Of a stretch of DNA of 64,000 bases, positions 9,781 to 19,908 are shown one piece after another. Positions within the stretch are counted from its first letter, which is position 1. Each line of letters opens with the position of its first letter. A program made the position numbers and the translations under genes. Source of the stretch: an uncultured delta proteobacterium (GTDB lineage: Bacteria; Myxococcota; Myxococcia; Myxococcales; Anaeromyxobacteraceae); the NCBI GenBank assembly GCA_963828255.1, contig CAWHDZ010000016.1:94849-158848 (forward strand), read 5' to 3'. The notes beneath the pieces are model-generated. The model searched no databases. It had not been told where the DNA came from and saw only the letters and a list, made by a program, of their open reading frames with translations.

Positions 9781-10733
9781 GGCTTCACCTCCGGGCGGCC
9801 GCGGACGAGCTGGCTGGGGTCGCGCTCCAGGCTGTCGGCCAGCACGCGGAGCGAGCGGGCCGCCTGCCCCACCTCCCGGAGCGTCTGCTCGAGCTGCGCC
9901 GGCACCGGCGCCCCCGGCGCGAGCGAGAGCTTCACCTCGCGGAGCGTCCCGTCGAGCTGGTCGAGCGCCGCGGCGAGCCGTTTCATCGAGTCGCGCGCGT
10001 CCCCGGCCACGGCCGGGATCTCCTTCTCGAGGGATCGGGCCGCGTCGCGGATCGCGGCGAGGGCGCGGTCCGTGCTCTCGAGCGTGCGCGGCAGCCCCCG
10101 CCCTGCCTCGTCGATGCGCCCCGATGCCCTGCTCACCCCCCTTGCCGCGTCGCGGAGGTCGTTGACGAGCCCCTCCAGGTCGAGCGCGTTGAGCTTCCCG
10201 AGCACCCTGGCTGCGTCGGCCTGGAGCGCCTGGAATCCCGGCTGGACGTAGACCGGGATCGACGGGTAAGGGAGCGGGAACGGCAGCGGCAGCGGCAGCG
10301 GCGCGTCGGCCACGATGTCCAGGTCCACGTAGCGGCGCCCCGAGAGGAAGCTCTCCAGCTGGAGCCGCGCCCGAAGCCCGTGCTTCACGAGGGTCTTCAC
10401 CACCTCCGGGTCGCCCAGGTCGGTGGTCTCCCCCATCTCCTGGATGCGCGACTGGTTGAGCTCGATGACCACCGGCATGTAGAGCTCCTGGAGCGGGGCC
10501 TCGGGAGACCCGATGGAGAGGTGGATGCTCGCCACCCGCCCCACCGGCACGCCGCGGAACTTCACCGGCGAGTCCACCTCCAGCATGGCGATCTCCTGCG
10601 AGAAGACCACGACGAAGCGCACCTTGCGCTGGAAGACCCGGCTGGACCCGAGGTAGATGGCCCCCGCCACGCCGAGCGCGGTGGCCGCCAGGACGAAGGC
10701 GCCGACCAGCCGTGGATTGAACCTGCGCGCCAT
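9777..10733 (-). CDS. MlaD/MCE-domain protein (PqiB-like)
   Basis: N-terminal TM, SPVKFRGVPVGRV, GLRARL, C-terminal helical region ending LERDPSQLVRG. Confidence 0.88.
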   Translation of the reverse strand: MARRFNPRLVGAFVLAATALGVAGAIYLGSSRVFQRKVRFVVVFSQEIAMLEVDSPVKFRGVPVGRVASIHLSIGSPEAPLQELYMPVVIELNQSRIQEMGETTDLGDPEVVKTLVKHGLRARLQLESFLSGRRYVDLDIVADAPLPLPLPFPLPYPSIPVYVQPGFQALQADAARVLGKLNALDLEGLVNDLRDAARGVSRASGRIDEAGRGLPRTLESTDRALAAIRDAARSLEKEIPAVAGDARDSMKRLAAALDQLDGTLREVKLSLAPGAPVPAQLEQTLREVGQAARSLRVLADSLERDPSQLVRGRPEVKP

Positions 10734-10742
10734 GGCAGCTCC

Positions 10743-11498
10743 CTAGGGGCCCTTGCCCCCTGCGAAGAAGGCACGGACCAGTTCCGGCCCGTGGTCGCGA
10801 AGCTCGGCGGGCGGCCCCTCGGCGATGGCCCGCCGGGCGTCGCCGTCGAGGAAGAGGGCCCGGGTTCCGATCCCGAGGATGCTCGCCACGTCGTGGGTGA
10901 CCACCACCACCGTGGTGCCGAGCGCGTCGCGGAGCTCCCGGATCAGCCGGTCGAGCCGCCGTCCGGTGGGCGGGTCGAGGCTGGCCGACGGCTCGTCGAT
11001 GAAGAGGATCTCGGGGTCGAGCGCGATGGCGCGGGCCAGCCCGGCCCGCTTCTGCATGCCGCCGGAGAGTTCCCAGGGGAGGAAGGCCTCGAAGCCGTGG
11101 AGCCCCACCAGCGCCAGCTTGAACTCCACCACCTCCTGGATGCGGGAGGCGGAGAGCTTCGTGAACTGCTGGAGGGGGAGCGCCACGTTCTCGGCCAGCG
11201 TCATCGAGGTCCAGAGCGCGCTCCCCTGGTAGAGCACCCCCACCCGGCGCAGCATGCGCTCCCGGTCGGCCGGGCCGGCTCGCGTGAAGCTCTCGGCGCC
11301 GTAGAGCACCTCGCCCGAGGCGGGCTCCTGCAGGCCGAGCATGTGGCGGAGCAGCGTGCTCTTGCCACAGCCGCTGCCGCCCATCACCACGTAGATCTCG
11401 CCGGGCCGGATCTCGAAGTCGAGCCCCTCCACCACCACACGGTCCCCGAAGGCCATGGTCAGGTCACGCACGGTGAGGATCGCGTCGGCCACGTTCAC
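10743..11498 (-). CDS. MlaF-like ABC transporter ATP-binding protein
   Basis: GGSGCGKS, LSGGMQKRAGLARA, DEP, VTH; GTG start overlaps the permease stop. Confidence 0.9.
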   Translation of the reverse strand: MNVADAILTVRDLTMAFGDRVVVEGLDFEIRPGEIYVVMGGSGCGKSTLLRHMLGLQEPASGEVLYGAESFTRAGPADRERMLRRVGVLYQGSALWTSMTLAENVALPLQQFTKLSASRIQEVVEFKLALVGLHGFEAFLPWELSGGMQKRAGLARAIALDPEILFIDEPSASLDPPTGRRLDRLIRELRDALGTTVVVVTHDVASILGIGTRALFLDGDARRAIAEGPPAELRDHGPELVRAFFAGGKGP

Positions 11499-12601
11499 CA
11501 CCCGAACAGGAAGAAGACGTACTGGAATATGCCGCAGGCGGCGATGATGGCCACCACCCCCGAGACCACCGCCTTGGTGGCCGCCTCGCCGACCCGCTCC
11601 GAGCTCCGCTCCGCCTCGAGGCCGCGCGCGGTGCCGGTGAGCGCGATGAGCGCACCGTAGACCGCCGATTTCGCGAGCCCGCCGACGACGTCGCCGGTGG
11701 TGACGGACTGCGAGGTCTGGCGCAGGTAGGCCGCCAGCGGCGAGTTCATCATGGTGGTGCCCACCATGGCGCCCCCCAGGATTCCCATGAGGTCGGCGAA
11801 GAGGGTCAGGAACGGCATCATCAGGGTGAGCGCGACGAGCCGGGGCACCACCAGGAATTCCACGGGCGAGATGCCCAGGGTGCGCAGCGCGTCCACCTCC
11901 TGGGTCACCTTCATGGTGGCGATCTGGGCGGCGTAGGCGGCGCCGCTGCGCCCTGCCAGCACGATCGCGGTGATGAGCGCGGCCATGTCCCGGGCCACGG
12001 CGATGCCGACGATGTCGGCCACGTAGTACTCGGCCCCGAACCGGCGCAGCTGGGTGATGCCCACGAAGGCCAGGATGATCCCGACCAGGAAGTTCACCAG
12101 CGCGACGATGGGGAGCGCACCCGGCCCCGCTCCCTCGAAGAGGAGCCCGAGGTCCTGCCCGCGGAAGCGGGCCCTGCCGGTGACGAAGCGCCAGAGGGCC
12201 CGCGTGGTCTCCCCGACGAATCCCGCCACGGCCCTTCCCCGCTCCCGCCCCCGCAGCGCGGCGCGCCCGACCCGGTCGAGCAGGCTCCCGGGCGGGGTGG
12301 ACGTGCGGGGCGGGAGCGCCGCATCCTGCACCAGCGCCAGCATGCGCTCCAGCGTGCCCGGCAACCCCGCGTGCTCCACCCGGACGCCGCGTGCCCGGCA
12401 ACCCTCCAGCACCTTGAAGAGGAAGACCACGAGCCCGCTGTCCCACGCGGTGACGCCGGCTGCCTCGAGCCGGAGCTCGGCCACGGGGGCGACGGCGATC
12501 TCCCGGTCCAGGTCGGAGGCGGCGGGCAGGACGTCGGCGAGGCGCCAGGCGCCTCGCAGCCGGACGACGAGCGTGGAATCACCTTCCCGCGACGTCTCCA
12601 T
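11495..12601 (-). CDS. MlaE-family permease with N-terminal STAS-like domain
   Basis: WDSG STAS motif; LAGRSGAAYAAQIATMKVTQEVDAL; VGEAATKAVV. Confidence 0.88.
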   Translation of the reverse strand: METSREGDSTLVVRLRGAWRLADVLPAASDLDREIAVAPVAELRLEAAGVTAWDSGLVVFLFKVLEGCRARGVRVEHAGLPGTLERMLALVQDAALPPRTSTPPGSLLDRVGRAALRGRERGRAVAGFVGETTRALWRFVTGRARFRGQDLGLLFEGAGPGALPIVALVNFLVGIILAFVGITQLRRFGAEYYVADIVGIAVARDMAALITAIVLAGRSGAAYAAQIATMKVTQEVDALRTLGISPVEFLVVPRLVALTLMMPFLTLFADLMGILGGAMVGTTMMNSPLAAYLRQTSQSVTTGDVVGGLAKSAVYGALIALTGTARGLEAERSSERVGEAATKAVVSGVVAIIAACGIFQYVFFLFGW

Positions 12602-12727
12602 CGCGGCCGTCGCCCTGGAAAAGTCGACTCCGGAACCCACGATCCGAAGCCTAGCACCGGTGACCGGACGCAATGCGGCCCCACCAGGGACAGACCCGGC
12701 GGGGCCGCACCTGCCGCGGGGAATCGC

Positions 12728-13093
12728 CTACTTGATGCCGGCCTTCTCGGCGGCCTTGTCCACGCCCTTGTCGACGCCCGTGTTGGCGGCGCCGGTGGCG
12801 TGAGGGGCGACGGTGGCGCCCACGGTTCCGGTCTTGGCGGCGCCGGCGTCCACGCCCTTCTTGGCGCCCTTCTTGCCCTCGGTCTTGGCGGTGTTCTTGA
12901 CCTGGGTGCCGGTCGAGTCGGCCTGCGTCTTTGCCGAGGTGGCGGCGGCGGCGCCGGTGGCCTTGGCGGAGTCGGTGGCCTGGTTTCCGGCCGCCTTGAG
13001 GTCTGGAGCGGCTGGAGCGGCCGGGACCTGGGCGAGGGCCATGGCGGGAACGGCGAGAGCAGCGACGAGCAGGGCACGAACGGCGTTGTTCAT
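12728..13093 (-). CDS. Small secreted Ala/Lys/Thr-rich protein
   Basis: AGGAG RBS, signal peptide ending AMALA-Q, strong high-GC codon bias. Confidence 0.75.
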   Translation of the reverse strand: MNNAVRALLVAALAVPAMALAQVPAAPAAPDLKAAGNQATDSAKATGAAAATSAKTQADSTGTQVKNTAKTEGKKGAKKGVDAGAAKTGTVGATVAPHATGAANTGVDKGVDKAAEKAGIK

Positions 13094-13218
13094 CTCTTTC
13101 ACTCCTGAGGACTGGGGTGGACGACAGGCGCCCCATCTAATCGGGGAGAGGCCAGCGCACCACCCGGCACCCCTTCGGGGTTGACCTCGTGGCTCGCCGA
13201 CGGTTGGATGGGGAACCC

Positions 13219-14538
13219 ATGCCGAGCACCCAGCTGGTTTTTGGAAGCCGCGCCGCCCACCGCGACTGGTTGGAGACCCAGTGCCGCCTCCCCCTCGGCT
13301 TTCGCGTGGGCACGGCGCGCCTGGAATTCACGCCGGTGGAGGCGCCCAGGCCAGCGAGGATGGCGCTGACGCTCATCGCCGTGGACGCCCCCACGCCCTC
13401 GTTCGCCGCCAAGTTCACCCGCAACGCCTTCCCGGGAGCGCCGGTGATCGTGGGGCGGGATCGCCTCTCCGGCCCGCGGCTCGCCGCCTGGGTGGTGAAC
13501 AACAAGGTCTCGAACGTCTGCGCCCCGGGGGGCGTGGAGGCCGCGGAGGAGGTGGCCGCGGCCGCGGCGCGCCTGCTCGGCGTGGCGGAACGCGAGGTCT
13601 TTCCCAGCTCCACCGGCGTCATCGGCTGGAGACTCCCGGTGATACCCATGATCGAGGCCCTGCCCGGCGCGGTGGCCGCCCTCCAGGCGGAGAGCGTGAT
13701 GCCGGCCGCCGAGGCCATCCTCACCACCGACCTCTACCCCAAGGTGCGCCGGGCCGCGGTGGGGGAGGGGAGCATCGTGGGCATCGCCAAGGGGGCCGGC
13801 ATGATCGAGCCCGACCTGGCCACCATGCTGGTCTACCTCCTCACCGACCTCTCGGTCCCGCGCGAGGAGCTGCGCGCCGCCCTCGACGAGGCGGTGGAGG
13901 GGAGCTTCCAGGGCATCACCGTGGACTCGGACACGAGCACCTCCGACACCGTGGCGCTGGTCTCCTCGATGCGCCGCCCCCGCCCCGACCCGCAAGCCTT
14001 CCGCGAGGCGCTCCGCCGGGTGGCCCGCGACCTCGCCGAGGACGTGGTCCGAAACGGCGAGGGTGTGCACCACGTCCTGCACGTGGTGGTCCGCGGCGCC
14101 CCGGACGGGCGGGTGGCCCGCGCGATCGGCAAGTCGGTGGTGAACTCGCCGCTGGTGCAGTGCGCGGTGAACGGCAACGACCCCAACGTGGGACGGTTGC
14201 TGGCCGCCATCGGCAAGCAGGCGGGGCGCTCCGGGCTGGCGCTCGACCCCGCCGCCGTGGTGCTGCGGCTGGGCGGCGAGACCATCTTCGAGAGGGGAGC
14301 CATGCGGCTCGACCCGGAGACGGAGCGGCGGCTGCACCTCCACATGAAGGAGGCCGAGCTCTACGCCTCGGTCCCGCCCCCCGACGGCCTCAGCTTCCGT
14401 CCGCCCGTGGACTACCCGCCCCACGAGCGCTCGGTGGAGATCGAGATCGACCTGGGGCTGGGGGGCGCGTCGGCCGAGGTGCTCGGCGCCGACCGGAGCC
14501 ACGAGTACGTGACCGAGAACGCCGACTACCGGAGCTGA
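13219..14538 (+). CDS. argJ: Ornithine acetyltransferase / N-acetylglutamate synthase ArgJ
   Basis: STGVIG, ILTTD, KGAGMIEPDLATML autocleavage site, DSDTSTSDT, NGEG, DPNVGR, C-terminal YVTENADYRS. Confidence 0.9.
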   Translation: MPSTQLVFGSRAAHRDWLETQCRLPLGFRVGTARLEFTPVEAPRPARMALTLIAVDAPTPSFAAKFTRNAFPGAPVIVGRDRLSGPRLAAWVVNNKVSNVCAPGGVEAAEEVAAAAARLLGVAEREVFPSSTGVIGWRLPVIPMIEALPGAVAALQAESVMPAAEAILTTDLYPKVRRAAVGEGSIVGIAKGAGMIEPDLATMLVYLLTDLSVPREELRAALDEAVEGSFQGITVDSDTSTSDTVALVSSMRRPRPDPQAFREALRRVARDLAEDVVRNGEGVHHVLHVVVRGAPDGRVARAIGKSVVNSPLVQCAVNGNDPNVGRLLAAIGKQAGRSGLALDPAAVVLRLGGETIFERGAMRLDPETERRLHLHMKEAELYASVPPPDGLSFRPPVDYPPHERSVEIEIDLGLGGASAEVLGADRSHEYVTENADYRS

Positions 14539-15706
14539 TCGCCCGGCGGCTTCCCCGCAGGCACGCAGGATCTCCCGTCGAAGCACTGCCCGGACGGGCA
14601 ATTGCAGACCTGGACCGGGTGGCTGCTCTCGGGGGCGCAGCCGCAGGCGCCGAGCAGGCAGCTGCTGGGGAAGTCGCCCACCAGGCCGCAGCAGCTGGCC
14701 GTGCCCACCGTCCCGCCGCTCCGCGTGCAGCGCTCGGCGGGGCTCATGAGGCCGTCCTGGCCGGGCGCGGGCTGGAACTCCAGGATGGCGCCGTCGGCCT
14801 GGGTGGCCAGGTTGAGCCTGCCGTTGCGCTCGAGCCAGGAGACGACGTGGGCGAGCTGCGAGAGGTAGCGGTCGGAGAGGGAGCCGGCCGGGCACATGGC
14901 GCGGGTCGTCGCCATCGGGCCGAAGGAGAGGGACCGGCCCTCGAGCTTGTAGGAGCCGCTGCTCCGGTTGCAGTCGGCCCTGACCGAGGCGCGTCCGTCG
15001 CTGCCCAGCTCCAGCGTGTACTTGGAGGGGTGATCGGGGACGAGGACGGCGTCGTCCATCATCTGGATCTTCACGAGGTGCCAGGTCCGGAGCGCGATGC
15101 TCGACGGCGTGGGGGGGAGGCGGGGTCACCGGTGGCGATCGTGGTGACCCCCGTCGCCGAGACGAGCGGCCCCTCCGGTCCGGAGGCGATCCGGTACTGG
15201 ACGGTGCTCACCCGCGACGGGCAGCAGAGCGGGTCGCCCTTGGCGTAGCGGGAGAATGCGACCGAGAGCGCCCCGGCGGTCCAGAGCTGGGGCACCTGGG
15301 CCGCACCGTCGGTGCGTGAGTCCATGGGGCGCGGCGCCGCCGTCCCGGCGAAGCGTCCGCCCACGAAGACGAAGGCCTGGTAGCCGAGCGGCCGGCACAT
15401 GCCGTCCAGGCCCGACCGGCCCAGCACCACCTCGGTCTCCCCGAAGCGTTGCGAGGCGCCGAGGAGCTTCCACCCGGCGGCGGCCACGGCCCGGTCGACG
15501 CTCGACACCGGGGCGCGCACCTCCCCGGCGCACTGCTTCTCCAGGAAGGGGTCGGGGTCGAAGCGGGGCGCCTTGGGGATCTTCGCTCCTGGCTTGTTCC
15601 ACACCGGGGGCGTGGGCATGTCGAGCCAGGTGGCGCTGGCCGCGGCGCCGCCCGCCCAAGTCACCATGAGTGAAACCGCCGCGGCGACCGCGGCTCTTCC
15701 TGGCAT
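14526..15706 (-). CDS. Secreted LppP/LprE-like + META + Cys-rich protein; single-base frameshift at G7 run 15111-15117
   Basis: ATG after GGAGG; DGMCRP...DPLCCPS domain. Adding one base in the run continues into PTPSSIALRTWHLVKIQMMDD...DCNR...GPMATTRAMC (META), then a 10-Cys tail. Confidence 0.7.
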
Positions 15707-15817
15707 CGACTTCCTCCCCCGGGTTGCCCCGGCCCGAGGACGACTGTAGCCCCAGGCGGGCGCGCCGCGTGGGCCCTCTGGGGGCGGTCCTGGAGTATCC
15801 TGGGATTCCACCCGTCC

Positions 15818-16390
15818 GTGACCCCCGCCGACCTCCATCTCCCCGTCGAGGAGCGCATCTTCCGCGCCGTGAACGTGGACGCCGGCCCGTGGGTCGATGC
15901 GATCGCGCGGGCGCTCTCCAGTCCCGCCTTCGGGGCATCGGTGGCCGTCCTGCTCGCCGCCGGGTTGCTCCTCCGGCGGAAGGGGGAGCGGCTCGCCTGG
16001 GTGCTGGCCCTCGCCGCCGCGCTGGCCCTGACGGACGGGCTCGGGTCCCAGGTGGTCCGCCCACTCTTCCCCCGGGCCAGGCCGGCCTACGCGCTTCCGG
16101 AGGGGACGGTCCGGTTCATCGCGCCGGCGGCCAACGTGGGATCGATCCCCAGCCTGCACACGGCCAACTTCTTCGCCATGGCGGCGGTGGGGTCGGCCGG
16201 CCTCCCGGCCATCGGGCCGGCCCTCTACCTGGTCGCCGTCGCGGTGGCCTGGAGCCGGCTCTACGTCGGCGTCCACTGGCCCGGCGACGTCCTGCTCGGG
16301 GCGGCCTGGGGCACCCTGTGGGCCGCGGCGTGCGTCGCCGTGCTGCGGCGCGTGGTGGCGGCGCGCCTGCGCGCGCGCGCCGGTCAGTGA
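15818..16390 (+). CDS. PAP2-family phosphatase
   Basis: RARP, SIPSLH, SRLYVGVHWPGD motifs. Confidence 0.88.
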   Translation: MTPADLHLPVEERIFRAVNVDAGPWVDAIARALSSPAFGASVAVLLAAGLLLRRKGERLAWVLALAAALALTDGLGSQVVRPLFPRARPAYALPEGTVRFIAPAANVGSIPSLHTANFFAMAAVGSAGLPAIGPALYLVAVAVAWSRLYVGVHWPGDVLLGAAWGTLWAAACVAVLRRVVAARLRARAGQ

Positions 16391-17087
16391 AGGCGCCGCT
16401 CGACGGTCCCGTTGGCGCGCACCGCCACGGCCAGCGGCACCACGGCCACCCCGTACTTCCGGGCAAGGTCGGGGCGCTTCGACACGTCCACCAGGACGGG
16501 ACGGTGGCCGGCGTCGGCGAGGCGGGACGACAGGTCCTGGCAGTCGGAGCAGAGCGGGTGGGTGAACTGGACGACCGCTTCCCGGCCCGGGGCGCAGCCC
16601 AGCTCGGCGAGGTCCACGTGGCCCGGCGTGGACCCCCGGACGCCCCGCAGGAAGGCCCATCCCCGGTAGAGGAGGCAGCCCGCGCAGAAGCCCGTTGCGG
16701 CCGCGAAGAGCGCCAGGGCAGCCACCAGCCCGGCCAGCGCGTTTCCCGCGGCCTGGAGCCCGACGGCATGCGCCAGGGTGGCCGCCCAGAGCACGGTGGC
16801 CCCCACCTGGTTGGCGAACTTCACCGGGCGGGCGTCCTCGACCGGTCCCTCGCCCAGCAGGGGCTGGAGGAGACCGAAGTAGAGGCGGCAGGCCAGGCAG
16901 GCCCGCCGGCCGAACCGGAGCGCCAGCGAGAGCTGCAGCGCGCCCAGGGCCGCGAGCGGCCATGCCCCCGGGGCGAGCGAGGCCAGCGCCAGGATCCCGA
17001 TGAAGAGCTGGTTCAGGCGAGGTGCGCGGGAGTCGATGACGGCGAGGTCGTCCAGGGGTGGGCGGTCGGTGTGGTCGGGCCGGGCAT
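16384..17087 (-). CDS. DUF4395 membrane protein with C-terminal thioredoxin-like domain; frameshift near 17052
   Basis: ATG frame reads ...TAHPW; shifted frame continues DLAVIDSRAPRLNQ...EDARPVKFANQVG...GFCAGC, then FTHPLCSDC and YGVAVVP. Confidence 0.72.
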
Positions 17088-17157
17088 GTCGTCCGCTATA
17101 ACGGACAAATGGCCCCGCCGCAACCCGGACGGTCCGCGGCTCGCCGGTGGCGCGAGG

Positions 17158-18452
17158 CTACACGTCCGGCGCCGCGGCCACCTGCCCCTCCGGCGTGCCC
17201 TTCGCCGACGGGAGCACCAGGTTGAGCAGCACGCCCACGTAGGTGGCGAGCGACATCTCGCCGATCTCCACCGGCCCGAGGTGGATCTTGGCGCCGCCGA
17301 TGCCGATGACCAGGATCACCGAGGCGATGATGAGGTTGCGGGTCTGGGAGAAGTCCACCTTCGCGTCCACCAGCATGCGCACGCCGGCCGAGGCGATGAT
17401 CCCGAAGAGCAGGATGCAGATGCCGCCCATGACCTGGGTGGGGATGCTGCGGATGAGCGCGCCGATGGGCGGGAAGAAGGACATGGCGATGGCGATGACG
17501 GCGGCGCCGCCGATGACCCAGACGCTGAAGACGCGGGTGATGGCCATCACGCCGATGTTCTCCCCGTACGTGGTGTTGGGCGGGCCGCCCAGCAGGCCCG
17601 AGACCGCGGTGGCCACGCCGTCGCCGGCCAGGGACCGGTGGAGCCCCGGGTCCTTCACCAGCTTCTGCCCGACCACGTTCTCGGTGACGATGAGGTGTCC
17701 GATGTGCTCGGTGATCACCACCAGCGAGATGGGGGCGAGCGTGAGGATGGCGCCCCACTGGAACTTCGGCAGCGTGAAGTGCGGGACGGCCACGGCCTTC
17801 GCGGCGGACACGCCCGAGAGGTCCACCTGCCCGGCCAGGAAGGCCACCAGGTAGCCGCCCACGATGCCGATGAGGATGGGGATGACTCCCAGGAAGCCCT
17901 TGAGGAAGACGGCGGCCAGGATGGCGATGGCCAGGGCCGCCAGCGCGACCTGGAAGTACTCGGGGTGGTACTTGCCCGTGCCGCCCTGCATGGCCATGAC
18001 GTTCACCGCCACGCCGGCCAGCCCCAGGCCGATGACCATGACCACCGGCCCGATGACGAGGGGGGGAGGAGCCTGTCCACCCAGCCGGTGCCGAACTTCC
18101 CGATGGCCGCCGCCACCACGATGTAGATGAGACCGACGGTGACGCAGCCGCCCATGGCGATGGCCACCCGCTCGTCGGGGGCGATCTGGCCGGGCTTCAC
18201 CGCCAGGATGCCGGAGAGCGCGGCGATGAAGGCGAACGACGACCCCAGGTAGGCCGGGATGCGCCCCTTGGTGATGGCGATGTAGATGAGGGTGCCCACG
18301 CCGCTCGTGAAGAGGGTCACCGAGGTGTCGAGCCCCACCAGGAAGGGGACGAGGACGGTGGCCCCGAACATGGCGAACAGGTGCTGGAGCGAGAGGGGCA
18401 GGGCCTGGAGGAGCGGGAGCCGCTCGGTGATGCCCACGGTGCGAGGAGTCAA
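17158..18452 (-). CDS. uraA: Uracil/xanthine permease (NCS2, UraA-like); frameshift at G7 run 18060-18066
   Basis: LQHLFAMFGATVLVP, YLGSSFAF, EHIGH, PNTTYGENIG; one extra base restores LLPPLVIGPVVMVIGL. Confidence 0.85.
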
Positions 18453-18463
18453 GGGGTCTCCGG

Positions 18464-19873
18464 TCAGTTGACGGCGAAGTAGACGACGAATCCGAGAGAG
18501 GTGAGGTACAGGAGCGGGTGGACCTCGCGGCCTCGGCCGGCGAGGACCTTGAGGAGCACGAGCGAGATGAAGCCCACGCCGATGCCGTTCGTGATGCTGT
18601 ACGTGAAGGGCATGACGGTGATGACCAGGAAGGCGGGGATGGCCTCGGCGAGGTCGTTCCAGGGGAGGCTGCCCACGTCCCGCATCATGAAGAAGCCCAC
18701 CAGCACCAGCACCGCGCCGGTGGCCTGGGCCGGGACCACGGCCGCCAGCGGCGAGATGAAGATGCAGGCGGCGAAGAGCAATCCCGTGACCACCGAGGTG
18801 AGCCCGGTCCGGCCACCGGCGGCGGCCCCCGAGGCGCTCTCCACGTAGGTGGTGGCCGAGCTGCAGCCGGCCGCGCCCCCGGCGGTGGCGGCCAGCGCGT
18901 CCACGAGCAGCACCGTGGTGGGGCGCGGGTAGTCGCCCCGGGCGTCGAGGTAGCGCGCCTCGGCGCCCACCGCCACGACCGTGCCCACGGTGTCGAAGAA
19001 GTCGGAGAGCATGAGCGAGAAGACGGTGAGCGCGGCGCCCCCTGCCCCCAGCGCACCCACGAAGGAGAGGTCGAACTGGCCCAGCTGCGAGAAGTCGGGC
19101 GCGGCCACGATCGAGCGGGGGATGGCCACCTCGCCGGGGCGGAAGCCCGAGGCGTCCCCGAAGAGGAGCTTGGACAGGACCGCCACCACGGTGGCGCCGA
19201 GGATGCCGATGAGCAGCGCACCCTTCACGTTCCGCATCACCAGCCAGGAAGTGAAGAGGAGGGTGAGGACGAAGAGGAGGACCGGGAAGCCCTCGAGGTG
19301 GCCGGCCCGTCCGAGCGTGACCGGGACCGGGCCGCCGGGGCTGCGCGAGACGAAGCCCGCCTCGACCAGGCCGATGATGGTGAGGAAGAGGCCGATGCCG
19401 ATGCCCAGCGCCCGCTTCATCCCCAGCGGCACGGCGTCGGAGACGGCCCGGCGGAAGCCGGAGAGGACCAGCGCCGTCACCGCGAGCCCCTCGGCGACCA
19501 CCACGCCCATGGCCTGGGGCCAGGTGAGGTGCATGGTGGCCACCAACTGGAAGGCCACCACGGAGTTGAGACCCATCCCCGCCGCCAGCGCCAGCGGCAG
19601 GTTGGCCAGGAGCCCCATGGCGATGGTGGCGACGGCCGCCACCAGCGCCGTGGAGGTGAGGACGGCGGCGAAGGGGAGGCGGTTGCCGGCGGAATCGGCG
19701 ACCTTCCCCAGGATGACCGGGTTGACGAAGAGGATGTACGCCATCGTCATGAAGGTGGTCGCTCCCGCGATCACCTCCGTCCGCACGCTGGAGCCGCGCT
19801 CCGAGATTCCGAAGAAACGGTCCAGCGTGCCCCCGGAGCGCCCCTGCGCTCCCTGGCCGGCCGCCGAAGTCAT
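18464..19873 (-). CDS. NCS2 purine permease (AzgA/PbuG-like)
   Basis: TTFMTMAYILFVNP, DFFDTVGT, YVESASG, GGRTGLT, PFTYSITNG. Confidence 0.9.
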   Translation of the reverse strand: MTSAAGQGAQGRSGGTLDRFFGISERGSSVRTEVIAGATTFMTMAYILFVNPVILGKVADSAGNRLPFAAVLTSTALVAAVATIAMGLLANLPLALAAGMGLNSVVAFQLVATMHLTWPQAMGVVVAEGLAVTALVLSGFRRAVSDAVPLGMKRALGIGIGLFLTIIGLVEAGFVSRSPGGPVPVTLGRAGHLEGFPVLLFVLTLLFTSWLVMRNVKGALLIGILGATVVAVLSKLLFGDASGFRPGEVAIPRSIVAAPDFSQLGQFDLSFVGALGAGGAALTVFSLMLSDFFDTVGTVVAVGAEARYLDARGDYPRPTTVLLVDALAATAGGAAGCSSATTYVESASGAAAGGRTGLTSVVTGLLFAACIFISPLAAVVPAQATGAVLVLVGFFMMRDVGSLPWNDLAEAIPAFLVITVMPFTYSITNGIGVGFISLVLLKVLAGRGREVHPLLYLTSLGFVVYFAVN

Positions 19874-19908
19874 GCCGCCTCCCGACGCGCCCTCGCGTCA
19901 GGCCGCGA

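Noticed and set aside
10281..10300. (CGGCAG)3 tandem repeat
   Set aside because: In-frame Leu-Pro linker within the MCE gene; too short to be a contingency locus
17158..18452. uraA and the other split genes as pseudogenes or programmed frameshifts
   Set aside because: Single indels in homopolymers with no further decay and no typical slippery-site context; assembly error is more parsimonious
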